Origin: Candidatus Binataceae bacterium
Lineage (GTDB): Bacteria > Desulfobacterota > Binatia > Binatales > Binataceae
Direction: 5' to 3'
Length of the DNA stretch: 64,000 nucleotides
NCBI GenBank assembly: GCA_035295545.1
Contig: DATGIT010000010.1
Location: forward strand, 76,513-140,512
Shown: positions 10,009-18,493 of the stretch, in pieces
Layout of the letters: each line of letters opens with the position of its first letter
How positions within the stretch are numbered: position 1 is the first letter of the stretch
Program-made: the position numbers and the translations under genes
The notes under the pieces: generated by a model
Databases searched by the model: none
Told to the model about the DNA's origin: nothing
What the model saw: the letters and a program-made list of their open reading frames with translations, nothing else

Positions 10009-10693
10009 AGAGCAGCGCGCCGAGCTCGAGCGGCGTCTCAATTACACTTTTCAGCGACCCGAGTTGCTGCGCATCGCGCTCACGCATCCGAGCGCCGTGG
10101 TCGGCGCCGAACTGCACTACGAACGGCTCGAGTTCCTGGGTGATGCGGTGCTCGACCTGGCGATCGCCGACCTGCTGATGCGACAGTTGCCCGAGGCCAA
10201 GGAGGGTGTGCTGTCGAAGGAGCGTGCGTCGATCGTCAACGGACGCACGCTGGCGGCCAAGGCGCAGGAGATCGGGCTCGGGCGCGCGCTCAGGCTGGGC
10301 AAGGGCGAGGAGAAAAGCGGCGGACGCGAGAAGGTATCCATCCTCGCGGCCTCGTTCGAGGCGGTGATCGGCGCGATCTATACCGATGCCGGCCTCGGGC
10401 CGGCGCAGCAGGTGGTCGAGGAGCTGTTCGCGGGCGATATCGGCGGCCCGTCGGCCGAGCGCGATTACAAGACCGAGCTGCAGGAGATCGCCTATCGCCG
10501 TTTTCGCAGCCAACCGGTGTACGAGCTGGTGTCCTCGCGCGGCCCGGATCACGCCAAGATGTTCACCACCCGCATTCGGATCGCCGGTCGCGACCTCGGC
10601 GTGGGCGAGGGCGGGAGCAAGAAGCAGAGCGAGCAGGCCGCGGCGCGCGCCGCGCTCGATCGCATCGAGAGTGAAAAGCATGGCGCTCGCTGA
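9896..10693 (+). CDS. rnc: Ribonuclease III
   Basis: RNase III signature ERRLNYTFQRPELLRIALTHPS and LEFLGDAVLDL catalytic motif, with a C-terminal dsRBD. Exact start is uncertain: the TTG at 9896 or a nearby alternative, overlapping the 3' end of the methylthiotransferase. Confidence 0.8.
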   Translation: MPTTKLTWWHRASRALPSLRSLLRPRAAAPPAPSPRSEEQRAELERRLNYTFQRPELLRIALTHPSAVVGAELHYERLEFLGDAVLDLAIADLLMRQLPEAKEGVLSKERASIVNGRTLAAKAQEIGLGRALRLGKGEEKSGGREKVSILAASFEAVIGAIYTDAGLGPAQQVVEELFAGDIGGPSAERDYKTELQEIAYRRFRSQPVYELVSSRGPDHAKMFTTRIRIAGRDLGVGEGGSKKQSEQAAARAALDRIESEKHGAR

Positions 10694-11576
10694 GCCGCAT
10701 CGCGCGGGGTTCGTCGCACTCGGCGGACGCACCAACGTCGGCAAATCGACCCTGCTCAACCGGATGGTCGGGCAGAAGGTTGCGATCGTCAGCCCGCGTC
10801 CGCAGACCACGCGCCGGCGCATCATGGGTATCCGGTCGGATCCCGACGCGCAGATCATCTTTCTCGATACCCCGGGATTGCATCGGCCGCGCACCGCGCT
10901 CGACCGGCACATGGTCGAAATCGCGCGCCGCAGCCTCGGCGAAGGCGAGATCGTGCTCGGCGTGGTCGAGGCGCGCGCGCCCCTTGCCGAAGGCGATCGC
11001 GAGTTTCTCGCCGAAATGCGCGAACTCAGGGCGCCGCGCGCGCTCGCGCTGAACAAGATCGATCGCGTTTCGCGCGCCGACCTGTTCGCCGCGGTCGCGC
11101 AATGCGGACGCGAGCTGCCCGAGGCCGAAGTCGTGCCGGTGAGCGCGCTGAAGGCGCACAATATCGACGAGCTGGTTGCCGTACTCAAGCGGATGCTGCC
11201 CGTGAGCCCGCCTCTGATGCCCGAGGACGAGTACACCGATCAGAGCGAACGGAGCATCGCCGGCGAGATCGTGCGCGAGAAGGTCTTCCGCGCGATGCGC
11301 GAGGAGGTCCCGTTCTCGACCGCGGTCACGGTCGAGAATTTCGTTGTCGAGGGGGAGGGTCCGCTCCTGCGCATCGAGGCGACGATCGTGGTGGCGCGCG
11401 AAGCGCACAAGGCGATGCTGATCGGCGCCGGCGGCCGGCAACTCAAGCGCATCGGCACGGCGGCGCGACTGGAACTCGAGAAGATTTTCGCCGCGCGCGT
11501 CTTCCTGCACTTGCTGGTCAGGGTCGAGAAGGACTGGACCCGCAATCCGCGTAAGATCGCGGAGCTCGGCCTGTGA
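10680..11576 (+). CDS. era: GTPase Era
   Basis: ATG at 10680 (MALAEPHRAGFVALGGRTNVGKSTLLN). G1-G4 GTPase motifs and C-terminal KH domain. Overlaps the rnc stop. rnc-era is a conserved pair. Confidence 0.9.
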   Translation: MALAEPHRAGFVALGGRTNVGKSTLLNRMVGQKVAIVSPRPQTTRRRIMGIRSDPDAQIIFLDTPGLHRPRTALDRHMVEIARRSLGEGEIVLGVVEARAPLAEGDREFLAEMRELRAPRALALNKIDRVSRADLFAAVAQCGRELPEAEVVPVSALKAHNIDELVAVLKRMLPVSPPLMPEDEYTDQSERSIAGEIVREKVFRAMREEVPFSTAVTVENFVVEGEGPLLRIEATIVVAREAHKAMLIGAGGRQLKRIGTAARLELEKIFAARVFLHLLVRVEKDWTRNPRKIAELGL

Positions 11577-13033
11577 CCGCGTTGCGCCGCGATCGCGGGC
11601 GCGCGGGCGCGCTCGCCGGCCTGCCCATGGGCGCGCCGCGCGTGGTGCTGGTCGGGCGCGCCAACGCCGGCAAATCGACCATGTTCAACCGCATCGCGCG
11701 CGGCCGGCGCGCGATCGTCAGCGCGATTGCCGGCACCACGCGCGACATCAACGTCGCGCCCGCCGAGCATCGCGGACGCGACTTCTTCATCGTCGACAGC
11801 GGCGGGCTCGAACTCGGCGGACGCGAACGCCTGAGCGAACGGGTCGTCGAAGGCGCGCTCGGCGCGGTTGCGCTCGCCGACCTCGTCGTTTTTGTCATCG
11901 ACGGCAGCGCCGGGCTCGCCCCCGGCGATCGCGAAGCGGTCGCGCTGATCCGCGAGACCGGACGTCCGATGATCGCCGCGGTCAACAAGATGGACCGCGC
12001 GGGTATGGAGTCGGCCGCGGCCGAATATTATGCGCTCGGCATCTCGCCGACGCTGCTCGTCTCGGGCGCCCACGGACGCGGCGTCGAAGAGCTGCTCGAC
12101 GAGGTCGTCGCGCGCCTGCCGCCGGCCGAAGCGGCGCCCCTGCGGCCTCCCGACCTGCGGCTTGCGCTGATCGGCCGGCCCAACGTCGGCAAGTCGTCGC
12201 TGCTCAACCGGCTGGCCGGCTTCGAGCGCGCAATCGTGGACATGACTCCCGGCACCACGCGCGATCCGGTCGACTTCCGGCTCGCTGCCGCCGACCGCGA
12301 TGTGCTGGTGGTCGATACTGCCGGAATCCGGCGACCGGCCCGGGTCGAGGGCGAACTGGAACATTCTTCGGTCGGCCGCGCGATCGAGACCGTTCGACGC
12401 GCCGATGTGCTCGTGCTGGTGGTCGATGCGACCGAGGGCGTCACCGACCAGGACGCGCGTCTGGCGAGCCTGGTCGAGCGCGAGGGGCGAGCGCTGGTCG
12501 TAGTGTGCAACAAGTGGGACCTCGCGGCCAGGGCGGGGCGGCGTATTGCCGCCTTCAAGCGCGATGCCGAGGCGATGGTGCCGTTCCTCGGTTTCGCCGA
12601 GATGTTGTTTACCTCGGCGCTGACCGGCGACGGCGTGGACGGCATCGTTCCGGCCGCGACCCGGGCGGCGGATTCATGGCGCGCGACCTTTCAGACTGCG
12701 CATCTCAACCGCATCCTCGCCGAGGCGAGCGCGGCGATGGATCCGCCGATGATCGAGCGCCGGCGGCTTAAGCTGATGTACGTGACGCAGGTTGGCCATG
12801 CGCCTCCGCGGCTCGCGTTCTTCGCCAACGTCGAGCGCGGCATCCCGGCGCACTACCTGCGCTTCCTCTCCGCGCGTTTTCGCGCGGCGCTCAAGCTCGT
12901 CGGCACGCCGCTCGTGCTCGAGTTCCGCCGCACGGGACGCACGTGGTCTGCGGGCGATGCGCGTGGCAACGCGCGATCCGGCGGAACAGGCGCGAGGACT
13001 CGCCGCGCGGCGCCGAAGAAATCAGGCAACTGA
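11573..13033 (+). CDS. der: Ribosome-associated GTPase Der (EngA), two tandem GTPase domains
   Basis: Two P-loops (GRANAGKST and GRPNVGKSS) and a C-terminal KH-like domain. GTG start overlaps the era stop (GTGA). Confidence 0.9.
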   Translation: MTALRRDRGRAGALAGLPMGAPRVVLVGRANAGKSTMFNRIARGRRAIVSAIAGTTRDINVAPAEHRGRDFFIVDSGGLELGGRERLSERVVEGALGAVALADLVVFVIDGSAGLAPGDREAVALIRETGRPMIAAVNKMDRAGMESAAAEYYALGISPTLLVSGAHGRGVEELLDEVVARLPPAEAAPLRPPDLRLALIGRPNVGKSSLLNRLAGFERAIVDMTPGTTRDPVDFRLAAADRDVLVVDTAGIRRPARVEGELEHSSVGRAIETVRRADVLVLVVDATEGVTDQDARLASLVEREGRALVVVCNKWDLAARAGRRIAAFKRDAEAMVPFLGFAEMLFTSALTGDGVDGIVPAATRAADSWRATFQTAHLNRILAEASAAMDPPMIERRRLKLMYVTQVGHAPPRLAFFANVERGIPAHYLRFLSARFRAALKLVGTPLVLEFRRTGRTWSAGDARGNARSGGTGARTRRAAPKKSGN

Positions 13034-13118
13034 CCCGAGGTCCGTTGCGGCTTCGTGCCGTGCGAGGAGCGCATCTTGCAGCGGTGCTTTCGATGTGAGA
13101 AATTTTTCTGTCCGGCGC

Positions 13119-13195
13119 GCGCCGTTAGCTCAGCGGATTAGAGCATCAGACTACGGATCTGAGGGTCGGGGGTTCAAATCCCTCACGGCGCGCCA
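13119..13195 (+). tRNA. tRNA-Arg (anticodon ACG)
   Basis: 77-nt cloverleaf read directly: acceptor GCGCCGT/ACGGCGC, D-arm GCTC...GAGC, anticodon stem TCAGA/TCTGA with loop CTACGGA (anticodon ACG), T-arm GGGGG-TTCAAAT-CCCTC, discriminator G and encoded CCA. Confidence 0.85.
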
Positions 13196-13899
13196 GTGCG
13201 TCAGCCATTTTCCAGCCTCCTGACCGAGCGACGCGTCGCCCGGCGTCACATAGTGCGCTTTGTGCTTTGACCTTTCGGGTGCTCCCTGAAACAGGTCAAA
13301 GTTGACGCCCTGGATCAGTATCGATCGCTTACCTGGATGATCTGCGTGCGACGGCGGCTCATGGCGGCGTCGGCGACGCCCTCCGGTCTCAGCTCTGGCC
13401 GGGTCAATGGGAAGGCAGCCAATCGCGCCTCGTTGGCGCCTCATTGAGGGGGGGCCGCTTTCAGTTTCATCATGGAACTAAAATTGCGGAAGAGCTGAGG
13501 CCATCGTTCGCGGTGGTTGCCGGCCGGACTCTACCCGGGTCCCCACTCGTGCGCTTCGGCGACCGTAGAGCAGCTTCCGAGCGTGAGATCCGGGGTCAGA
13601 GTTTTCCTCGTGGCGCGGCAGAATTCAGAGCAAATCAGCAAAATCACTGACCCAGAGAACGACGGCTCCGCTCGGGCTTGGACTTTTCGGGTCAGCCTGG
13701 GTTTGGTGTCTCAGAGTCTATTCTGCAATTCGTAGGCGACGTTTTGAGCTTCACTGCATTCTTTCAACAAAATAGGCGATATTTCCGGATATTTATTTTC
13801 AGAAAATAATGAAAATTCTGTGTACAGATTGATAAACAATAGAGTTGTAAAATGAAGTGAACATGAGCTATGAAAAACTGGTAAAGCTAAACTGGTCAG

Positions 13900-14094
13900 A
13901 TGATCGGCATTTCATGGATGCACAAGACCATGACAAAGTGTAAACAGAAGTCATTACATCAAAAAGATAAGATTAAGAAGGTCTGGCATAAACCGACGAT
14001 CTCCGACTACGGTCATGTGTCGGAGCTAACAGCCGGAACCGTCGGTTCGCACACGGACAAAGGGCACTGCTCGAATCATCATGGCGGCGGCTGA
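13900..14094 (+). CDS. Candidate RiPP precursor peptide with lasso-peptide-like leader and core (64 aa; alternative starts at 13918 and 13930)
   Basis: Sits in a roughly 400-bp AT-rich islet. Lys-rich leader ends ...KVWHKPTISDYGHVSELTA, which matches the lasso leader pattern (Y/W)-x-x-P-x-(L/I)-x3-G-x5-T-x. The predicted core GTVGSHTDKGHCSNHHGGG is 19 aa with Gly1 and Asp8. A 10-bp hairpin follows immediately. No B/C maturation genes are nearby, so the call is tentative. Confidence 0.4.
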   Translation: MIGISWMHKTMTKCKQKSLHQKDKIKKVWHKPTISDYGHVSELTAGTVGSHTDKGHCSNHHGGG

Positions 14095-14108
14095 GCCGCC
14101 ACATCGCA

Positions 14109-14134
14109 TCTCTCGATCAGGCTCGATCGAGAGA
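14109..14134 (+). terminator. Strong stem-loop (10-bp perfect stem TCTCTCGATC / GATCGAGAGA, 6-nt loop) 15 nt after the precursor stop; no U-tract
   Basis: Inverted repeat read directly from sequence. Comparable in position to the A-B intergenic hairpins of RiPP clusters that stabilise precursor mRNA, or a weak terminator. Coordinates are within about 1 nt. Confidence 0.4.
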
Positions 14135-14418
14135 CCGTGTCAGGGGCGCAAAAGTTCGATCGATCCGCGTTCGGCGAATGCGTATGTCCCGATGCGTATG
14201 TCTCGGGCGCGCGCGCTCGCGGTTGCAGGCTTGCGCGCGCGTGGCAACGGGTGCGTCGACCTGCCTCCAGGATGAGGCCCGTCGGAATGCATCGGCCGAG
14301 ACGCGCAAACGAGCGAAGCGGAAGACTCGATCCTTGATTGAAAATCGAGCTTGCGGATGTGGGCCGAGAAGCGAGCGGATGCGCGCTCCGGTCGTTTCGC
14401 GCTTCCTCCTCGCGGGCT

Positions 14419-15075
14419 TCAGAACATGCCCGGGGCCAACCGCCAGCGCACCCGTTGTCGGTAGGCCAGGTATTGCGGATCGCGAGCGAGCAATTCTTCC
14501 TCGAGCGCGATACGCCAGACCATGAACGGGATCGTGAGCGCCACCAACGCGACATTGCGGATGCTGGGGGCGGCTAGCGACGTACCCAATGCGCTCAGCA
14601 GCCAGGCCGCGTACACCGGATGGCGAATCATTCGAAAGGGACCGCGCACCACGAGGCCGCGGTTGGCCGGGAGCAATCCGAAACGACGGCCCAGGTAAAG
14701 CCATCCGATCAGCATCAGCGAGAGACCAGTCGCCTGAAGGATCACGCCGGTTGCCTCCAGCGTCGGCCAGTTCGTAGCGGTGAAGCGCGTCGCCGGGCGC
14801 ATCAGGAGCGGCAGCACCATCATCGCCGTCACCGAGACCAGCGCCTGGTAATCGGTTCGGGCTTCGCGCGGCGCCAGCCGCGTCAACGACAGCACGGCCA
14901 TCGTCAGCGCGGCGGCGGTCCAGATCCAGGCGGAGAGATTCGCGCGCCAGTCTTCCGACGTTGTCGACAGCAACTGCGGCCACCAGGGCACCAGAGTCGC
15001 CACGAACGTTGCCGCTACGCCAAGATTGGCCGCGGCGTGAAGCAGATGGGATTGGCGCGACCGGCCCGGCCTCAC
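14419..15075 (-). CDS. Isoprenylcysteine carboxyl methyltransferase (ICMT/PEMT) family membrane methyltransferase
   Basis: C-terminal ICMT-like motif region (GLVVRGPFRMIRHPVYAAWLLSALG...EEELLARDPQYLAYRQRV) preceded by hydrophobic TM segments. The track ORF extends to 15483, but that N-terminal extension is low-complexity and unlikely to be coding. Proposed GTG start near 15075. Start is uncertain. Confidence 0.55.
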   Translation of the reverse strand: MRPGRSRQSHLLHAAANLGVAATFVATLVPWWPQLLSTTSEDWRANLSAWIWTAAALTMAVLSLTRLAPREARTDYQALVSVTAMMVLPLLMRPATRFTATNWPTLEATGVILQATGLSLMLIGWLYLGRRFGLLPANRGLVVRGPFRMIRHPVYAAWLLSALGTSLAAPSIRNVALVALTIPFMVWRIALEEELLARDPQYLAYRQRVRWRLAPGMF

Positions 15076-15367
15076 TGGCGCACGGCGCGGGTCGCCCGAA
15101 GCTGCGACCGTGGCTGGTAAGCGCTCCACGGGAAAATCACGCTGCGATTGAGGATCATCTGCCAAGGCTAATAGCAGCAAACCGTTGACCGGGAAACGAC
15201 ACAGCCCGGGTACGGACCACGGACTTTCGGTCACGCAAGCGGATCGGGAGCCGGGTTCGGCTGTAGGTATTCGAGCCAGTTGAGCGTAGGATGATGGGTT
15301 CACGCGGCAGCTTCCGCGTCGCCGATGCGCTCCGCACCAATCGCAGAGCCATCGGAAAATCCAAAGC

Positions 15368-16720
15368 ATGTCGCCCGAGCAGAAAAACCTGGCCGAGCAG
15401 GGAGCCGCCGCGCTCGCAGGCGCGCCTTTCGACCGCAGCGACGCGCAGGACGGCGGCGGCGCCAGCGTGCTGCGCGGCATCACGCGGCGTTATTACGCGA
15501 TGTGGTGGGGGTATGCTTTCGCCGGCGGCTTTCTCTACGGAATCTATCCGCTGTTCCTGCGCTCGCGCGGGCTCGATCAGTTCGAAATCAACAGCGTGCT
15601 CGCGTGTTATTTCGTGGTGATGTTCTTGACCGACGTGCCGACCGGCGCGTTTGCGGACGCGATGGGCCGGCGGCGCTCGTTCGTGCTGGGCTGCGCGACA
15701 CGCACCGCGGCATTCGCCGTGTACTTCTTCGCCCATCGCTTTGCCGTGTTCGTGGTCGCGGAGTGCATCGATGGGATCGGCACCACGCTGTGCAACGGAG
15801 CGATCGACGCGTGGGGCGTGGACGCGCTCGATGCGGCCGGGTTCGCCGGGATCAAGGACCGTCTCTTCTCGCGCATTTCGCAATTGATGAATTTCGGCTT
15901 CATGGCCGCCGCGATCATCGGCGCCTACGTCGCCGACATCGATATCGCGGCGCCATGGCTGCTGGGCGCGGCGGGATTTATTCTAGCGGGCGCGGCCGCG
16001 TTTCCGCTGATGCGCGAGGATCATCGCGCGGGCCATGGGGCCGCGGCCCTGATCGGCGGATCGGCGCAAATCACGCCCGGCCGGCTCTTCGCGGTGGTGC
16101 TCGCACGCGTTGCCGCGGGCCTGCGCCAGGGGCTGCGCGATCGCACGGTGTTGATGCTCAGCAGCGCGAGCGCGCTGACCTTCGCCGCGTGGGCGCCGTA
16201 CTGGCTCGAATGGCCGCAGATCTTCAACGATCGCTACGGCGTCGGCATCTGGATCGTCGGTTGGCTCTATTGCCTGTTCACGGTCGCGCGGATGCTCGGC
16301 GCCGAGGCGGTCGCGCGCATCGGAGTCTCGTCGCGCGATCGCGGCGCGCGCCTGTCGGCGATCGTCGCGGTCGCAAGCCCGCTGCTCTTCGTCGGCGGCG
16401 CGATGGCTGAGCGCCCGACCATCGCGCTCGTCAGCCTGTTCGTGATGAACCTGGCGGCGGGCGCGATGCAGCCGCTTACCCAGAGCTGGTTCAACGAGCG
16501 CATCGACGCCGCGGATCGCGCGACACTGCTCAGCTTCAACAGTACCTTCGCAACCATGGGCGGCTCGCTGGGCCTGCTCGCCGCCGGACGCGTGGCCGAC
16601 GTGTTCGGCATTCCGATGGCATGGAAAATGGGCGCGCTGATCCTGATGATGGCAGCGCCGTGCTATTGGACCGTCCGGCACGCGGGCGCGATGCTCGAGC
16701 CCGCACCGGCGATTTCCTGA
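15368..16720 (+). CDS. MFS transporter
   Basis: 450 aa, about 12 predicted TM helices, MFS-like loop motif (DAMGRRRSFVLG) between TM2 and TM3. Confidence 0.8.
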   Translation: MSPEQKNLAEQGAAALAGAPFDRSDAQDGGGASVLRGITRRYYAMWWGYAFAGGFLYGIYPLFLRSRGLDQFEINSVLACYFVVMFLTDVPTGAFADAMGRRRSFVLGCATRTAAFAVYFFAHRFAVFVVAECIDGIGTTLCNGAIDAWGVDALDAAGFAGIKDRLFSRISQLMNFGFMAAAIIGAYVADIDIAAPWLLGAAGFILAGAAAFPLMREDHRAGHGAAALIGGSAQITPGRLFAVVLARVAAGLRQGLRDRTVLMLSSASALTFAAWAPYWLEWPQIFNDRYGVGIWIVGWLYCLFTVARMLGAEAVARIGVSSRDRGARLSAIVAVASPLLFVGGAMAERPTIALVSLFVMNLAAGAMQPLTQSWFNERIDAADRATLLSFNSTFATMGGSLGLLAAGRVADVFGIPMAWKMGALILMMAAPCYWTVRHAGAMLEPAPAIS

Positions 16721-16814
16721 ACTGTCTCGAACCGCGCCGGCAAGCGCGATTCGCTTGCGCGCCGGCGCGTGTGAGGTTCAAATGTAGCCGCGTTCAATCT
16801 CGGAGCCGCAGGAA

Positions 16815-17792
16815 ATGACTACGCCCAGGGTCGTGATGGCCGGAACCGGATTTGCCGCGGTGCGCCAGTTTCTGCTCGAGGCGCTGCCGGACGCGCGGCT
16901 CGATCAGGTCGAGGCGGCGACGCTCAGAACACACGGCCATGTGGCGGACGTGCTGCTGCCGGCGATGTCGCGCATCGACGGCGCCCTGATGGATCGCATC
17001 ACGGGCCTGCGCCTCATCCAGCAGTGGGGCGCCGGCCTCGAGGGCGTCGATATCGCCGCCGCGACCGAGCGCCGGGTCGCGGTCGCCAACGTGCCGACGG
17101 CGGGCACCGGCAACGCGGAGTCGGTCGCGGAGTGGTGCGTGATGGCGGCGATTGCGGTCAGCCGCCGGCTGCCGCTCGCGCAGGAGACGATTCGCAGGGG
17201 CGGAACATGGGGTACGCCGCTCGGGCGCACGCTGATGGGCCGCACGGCGGGAATCGTCGGGCTGGGCGGAATCGGTCAGGCACTCGCCGCGCGGCTGCGC
17301 CCGTTCGGAATGCGCCTTATCGGTCTGCAGCGCAATCCCGATCCTGCCATTGGAGAGCGCCTCGGCCTGGAATGGGTGGGCGGTCCGGAGCGGCTGCCCG
17401 AATTGTTGCGGCAGAGCGACTATTTGTTTCTCTGCGTGCCGCTCAGCGAGCGCACGCGGCAGCTCATCGACAAGTCCGCGCTCGACATGCTGCCGCCCCA
17501 GGCTTGTATCGTCAACGCCGCGCGCGGCGGCCTGCTCGATCATCCGGCGCTGTTGCGCGCGCTCGCCGAGGGGCGCCTGATCGGCGCGGGGCTCGACGTC
17601 TTCGATCGGGAACCGCTCGAGCCCGGCGCGTCGCTGCTCGCCCGCAACGATGTCATCGCGACCTCGCACATCGCCGGCGTCACCGACGTTTCCTATCGCG
17701 GAATCGCGCGCGGCGTGGCGGCGAATATCGTACGCATCATGGCTGGCGAGGCGCCGCACAACTGCGTCAACTGGGACGCGATCGCGCGCTGA
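16815..17792 (+). CDS. D-isomer-specific 2-hydroxyacid dehydrogenase (PGDH/GyaR-like)
   Basis: NAD-binding GxGxxG (GIVGLGGIGQALAARL) and catalytic R/E/H arrangement of the D-2-hydroxyacid dehydrogenase family. Confidence 0.8.
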   Translation: MTTPRVVMAGTGFAAVRQFLLEALPDARLDQVEAATLRTHGHVADVLLPAMSRIDGALMDRITGLRLIQQWGAGLEGVDIAAATERRVAVANVPTAGTGNAESVAEWCVMAAIAVSRRLPLAQETIRRGGTWGTPLGRTLMGRTAGIVGLGGIGQALAARLRPFGMRLIGLQRNPDPAIGERLGLEWVGGPERLPELLRQSDYLFLCVPLSERTRQLIDKSALDMLPPQACIVNAARGGLLDHPALLRALAEGRLIGAGLDVFDREPLEPGASLLARNDVIATSHIAGVTDVSYRGIARGVAANIVRIMAGEAPHNCVNWDAIAR

Positions 17793-17797
17793 ACGCT

Positions 17798-18493
17798 TCA
17801 CACGCCGGCGAACCAGTCGTAGCCCTGATCCTCCCAGTAGCCGCCGGTGCGATGGGGCAGGAAGTTCACTTCCGTCAGGTACTTGACACTCTTGTAGCCG
17901 AGCTTGATCGCCGAATACAGGCGTAGCGGCGCGCCGTGGTCCGGATGCAGCTCGTGGCCGTTCATGCCGTACGCGAGCAGCGTTTGCGGATGCATTGCGC
18001 TCGCGAGATCCCACGACGACCAGTAGTTCGCGTCGAACGAACGGAACTCGACGTAACGCACGCGCGGGTCGATCCCGACCCGCCGCGCCAGCTCGCTCAC
18101 GCGCACGCCCTGCCACGAGGCCACCGCCGACCATCCCTCGACGCAGTGATGCCGCACACGCATCTCGCTGCGCGGCATTGCCTGCAACTGCGCGAGCGTG
18201 AAAACTCCCGGCCGCGCGACCATGCCGCCGACCTTGAGCGTCCACACCGCCGGCGCAAGCGGCATCGCATCCGAGATGAAGTAGCGGGGAAACGCATCTT
18301 CGGGGGTGAGCGCGCTTGCCGGCTCCTCCGGCGCCAGCCGGGTCGGTGAGAAGAGCAGGCTTTCGAAGTGCTCGTTGACGCGCTGCATGCCCTTGAGAAA
18401 CGCCGCGACCGGATGGCCGCCCTCGCATCCGCCGAGCAGCGACGCCGCCGCGAACCCGGCGAGTAGCCCGCGCCGCGTAATCGGCTTAGTCAC
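17798..18493 (-). CDS. Sulfite-oxidase-family molybdopterin oxidoreductase (YedY/MsrP-like catalytic subunit), Tat-exported
   Basis: Twin-arginine signal (TRRGLLAGFAAASLLGG). Mo-cofactor domain with conserved Cys (RVRHHCVEGWS). Overlaps the upstream cytochrome b gene by 8 nt. Confidence 0.75.
   Translation of the reverse strand: MTKPITRRGLLAGFAAASLLGGCEGGHPVAAFLKGMQRVNEHFESLLFSPTRLAPEEPASALTPEDAFPRYFISDAMPLAPAVWTLKVGGMVARPGVFTLAQLQAMPRSEMRVRHHCVEGWSAVASWQGVRVSELARRVGIDPRVRYVEFRSFDANYWSSWDLASAMHPQTLLAYGMNGHELHPDHGAPLRLYSAIKLGYKSVKYLTEVNFLPHRTGGYWEDQGYDWFAGV

Noticed and set aside
13196-13700. Possible structured RNA (RNase P RNA, tmRNA, SRP RNA) or a second tRNA downstream of tRNA-Arg.
   Set aside because: No match to the conserved motifs checked by eye: RNase P GGAAAGTCCGGGCTCC, SRP domain IV, tmRNA ends, or a second T-loop GGTTCGAATCC. 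Only a covariance-model scan could settle it.
13860-13940. Alternative 26-aa ORF (MSYEKLVKLNWSDDRHFMDAQDHDKV) overlapping the start of the precursor-like ORF in another frame.
   Set aside because: It is very short and has no motif. It is reported only as a frame ambiguity. The longer frame carries the lasso-like leader and core pattern.
15076-15483. N-terminal 140 aa of the 354-aa track ORF containing the ICMT-like methyltransferase.
   Set aside because: The sequence (PRSTLAPPPSCASLRSKGAPASAAAP...) is low complexity and would make the protein twice the family length. A GTG start near 15075 gives a typical protein of about 218 aa.
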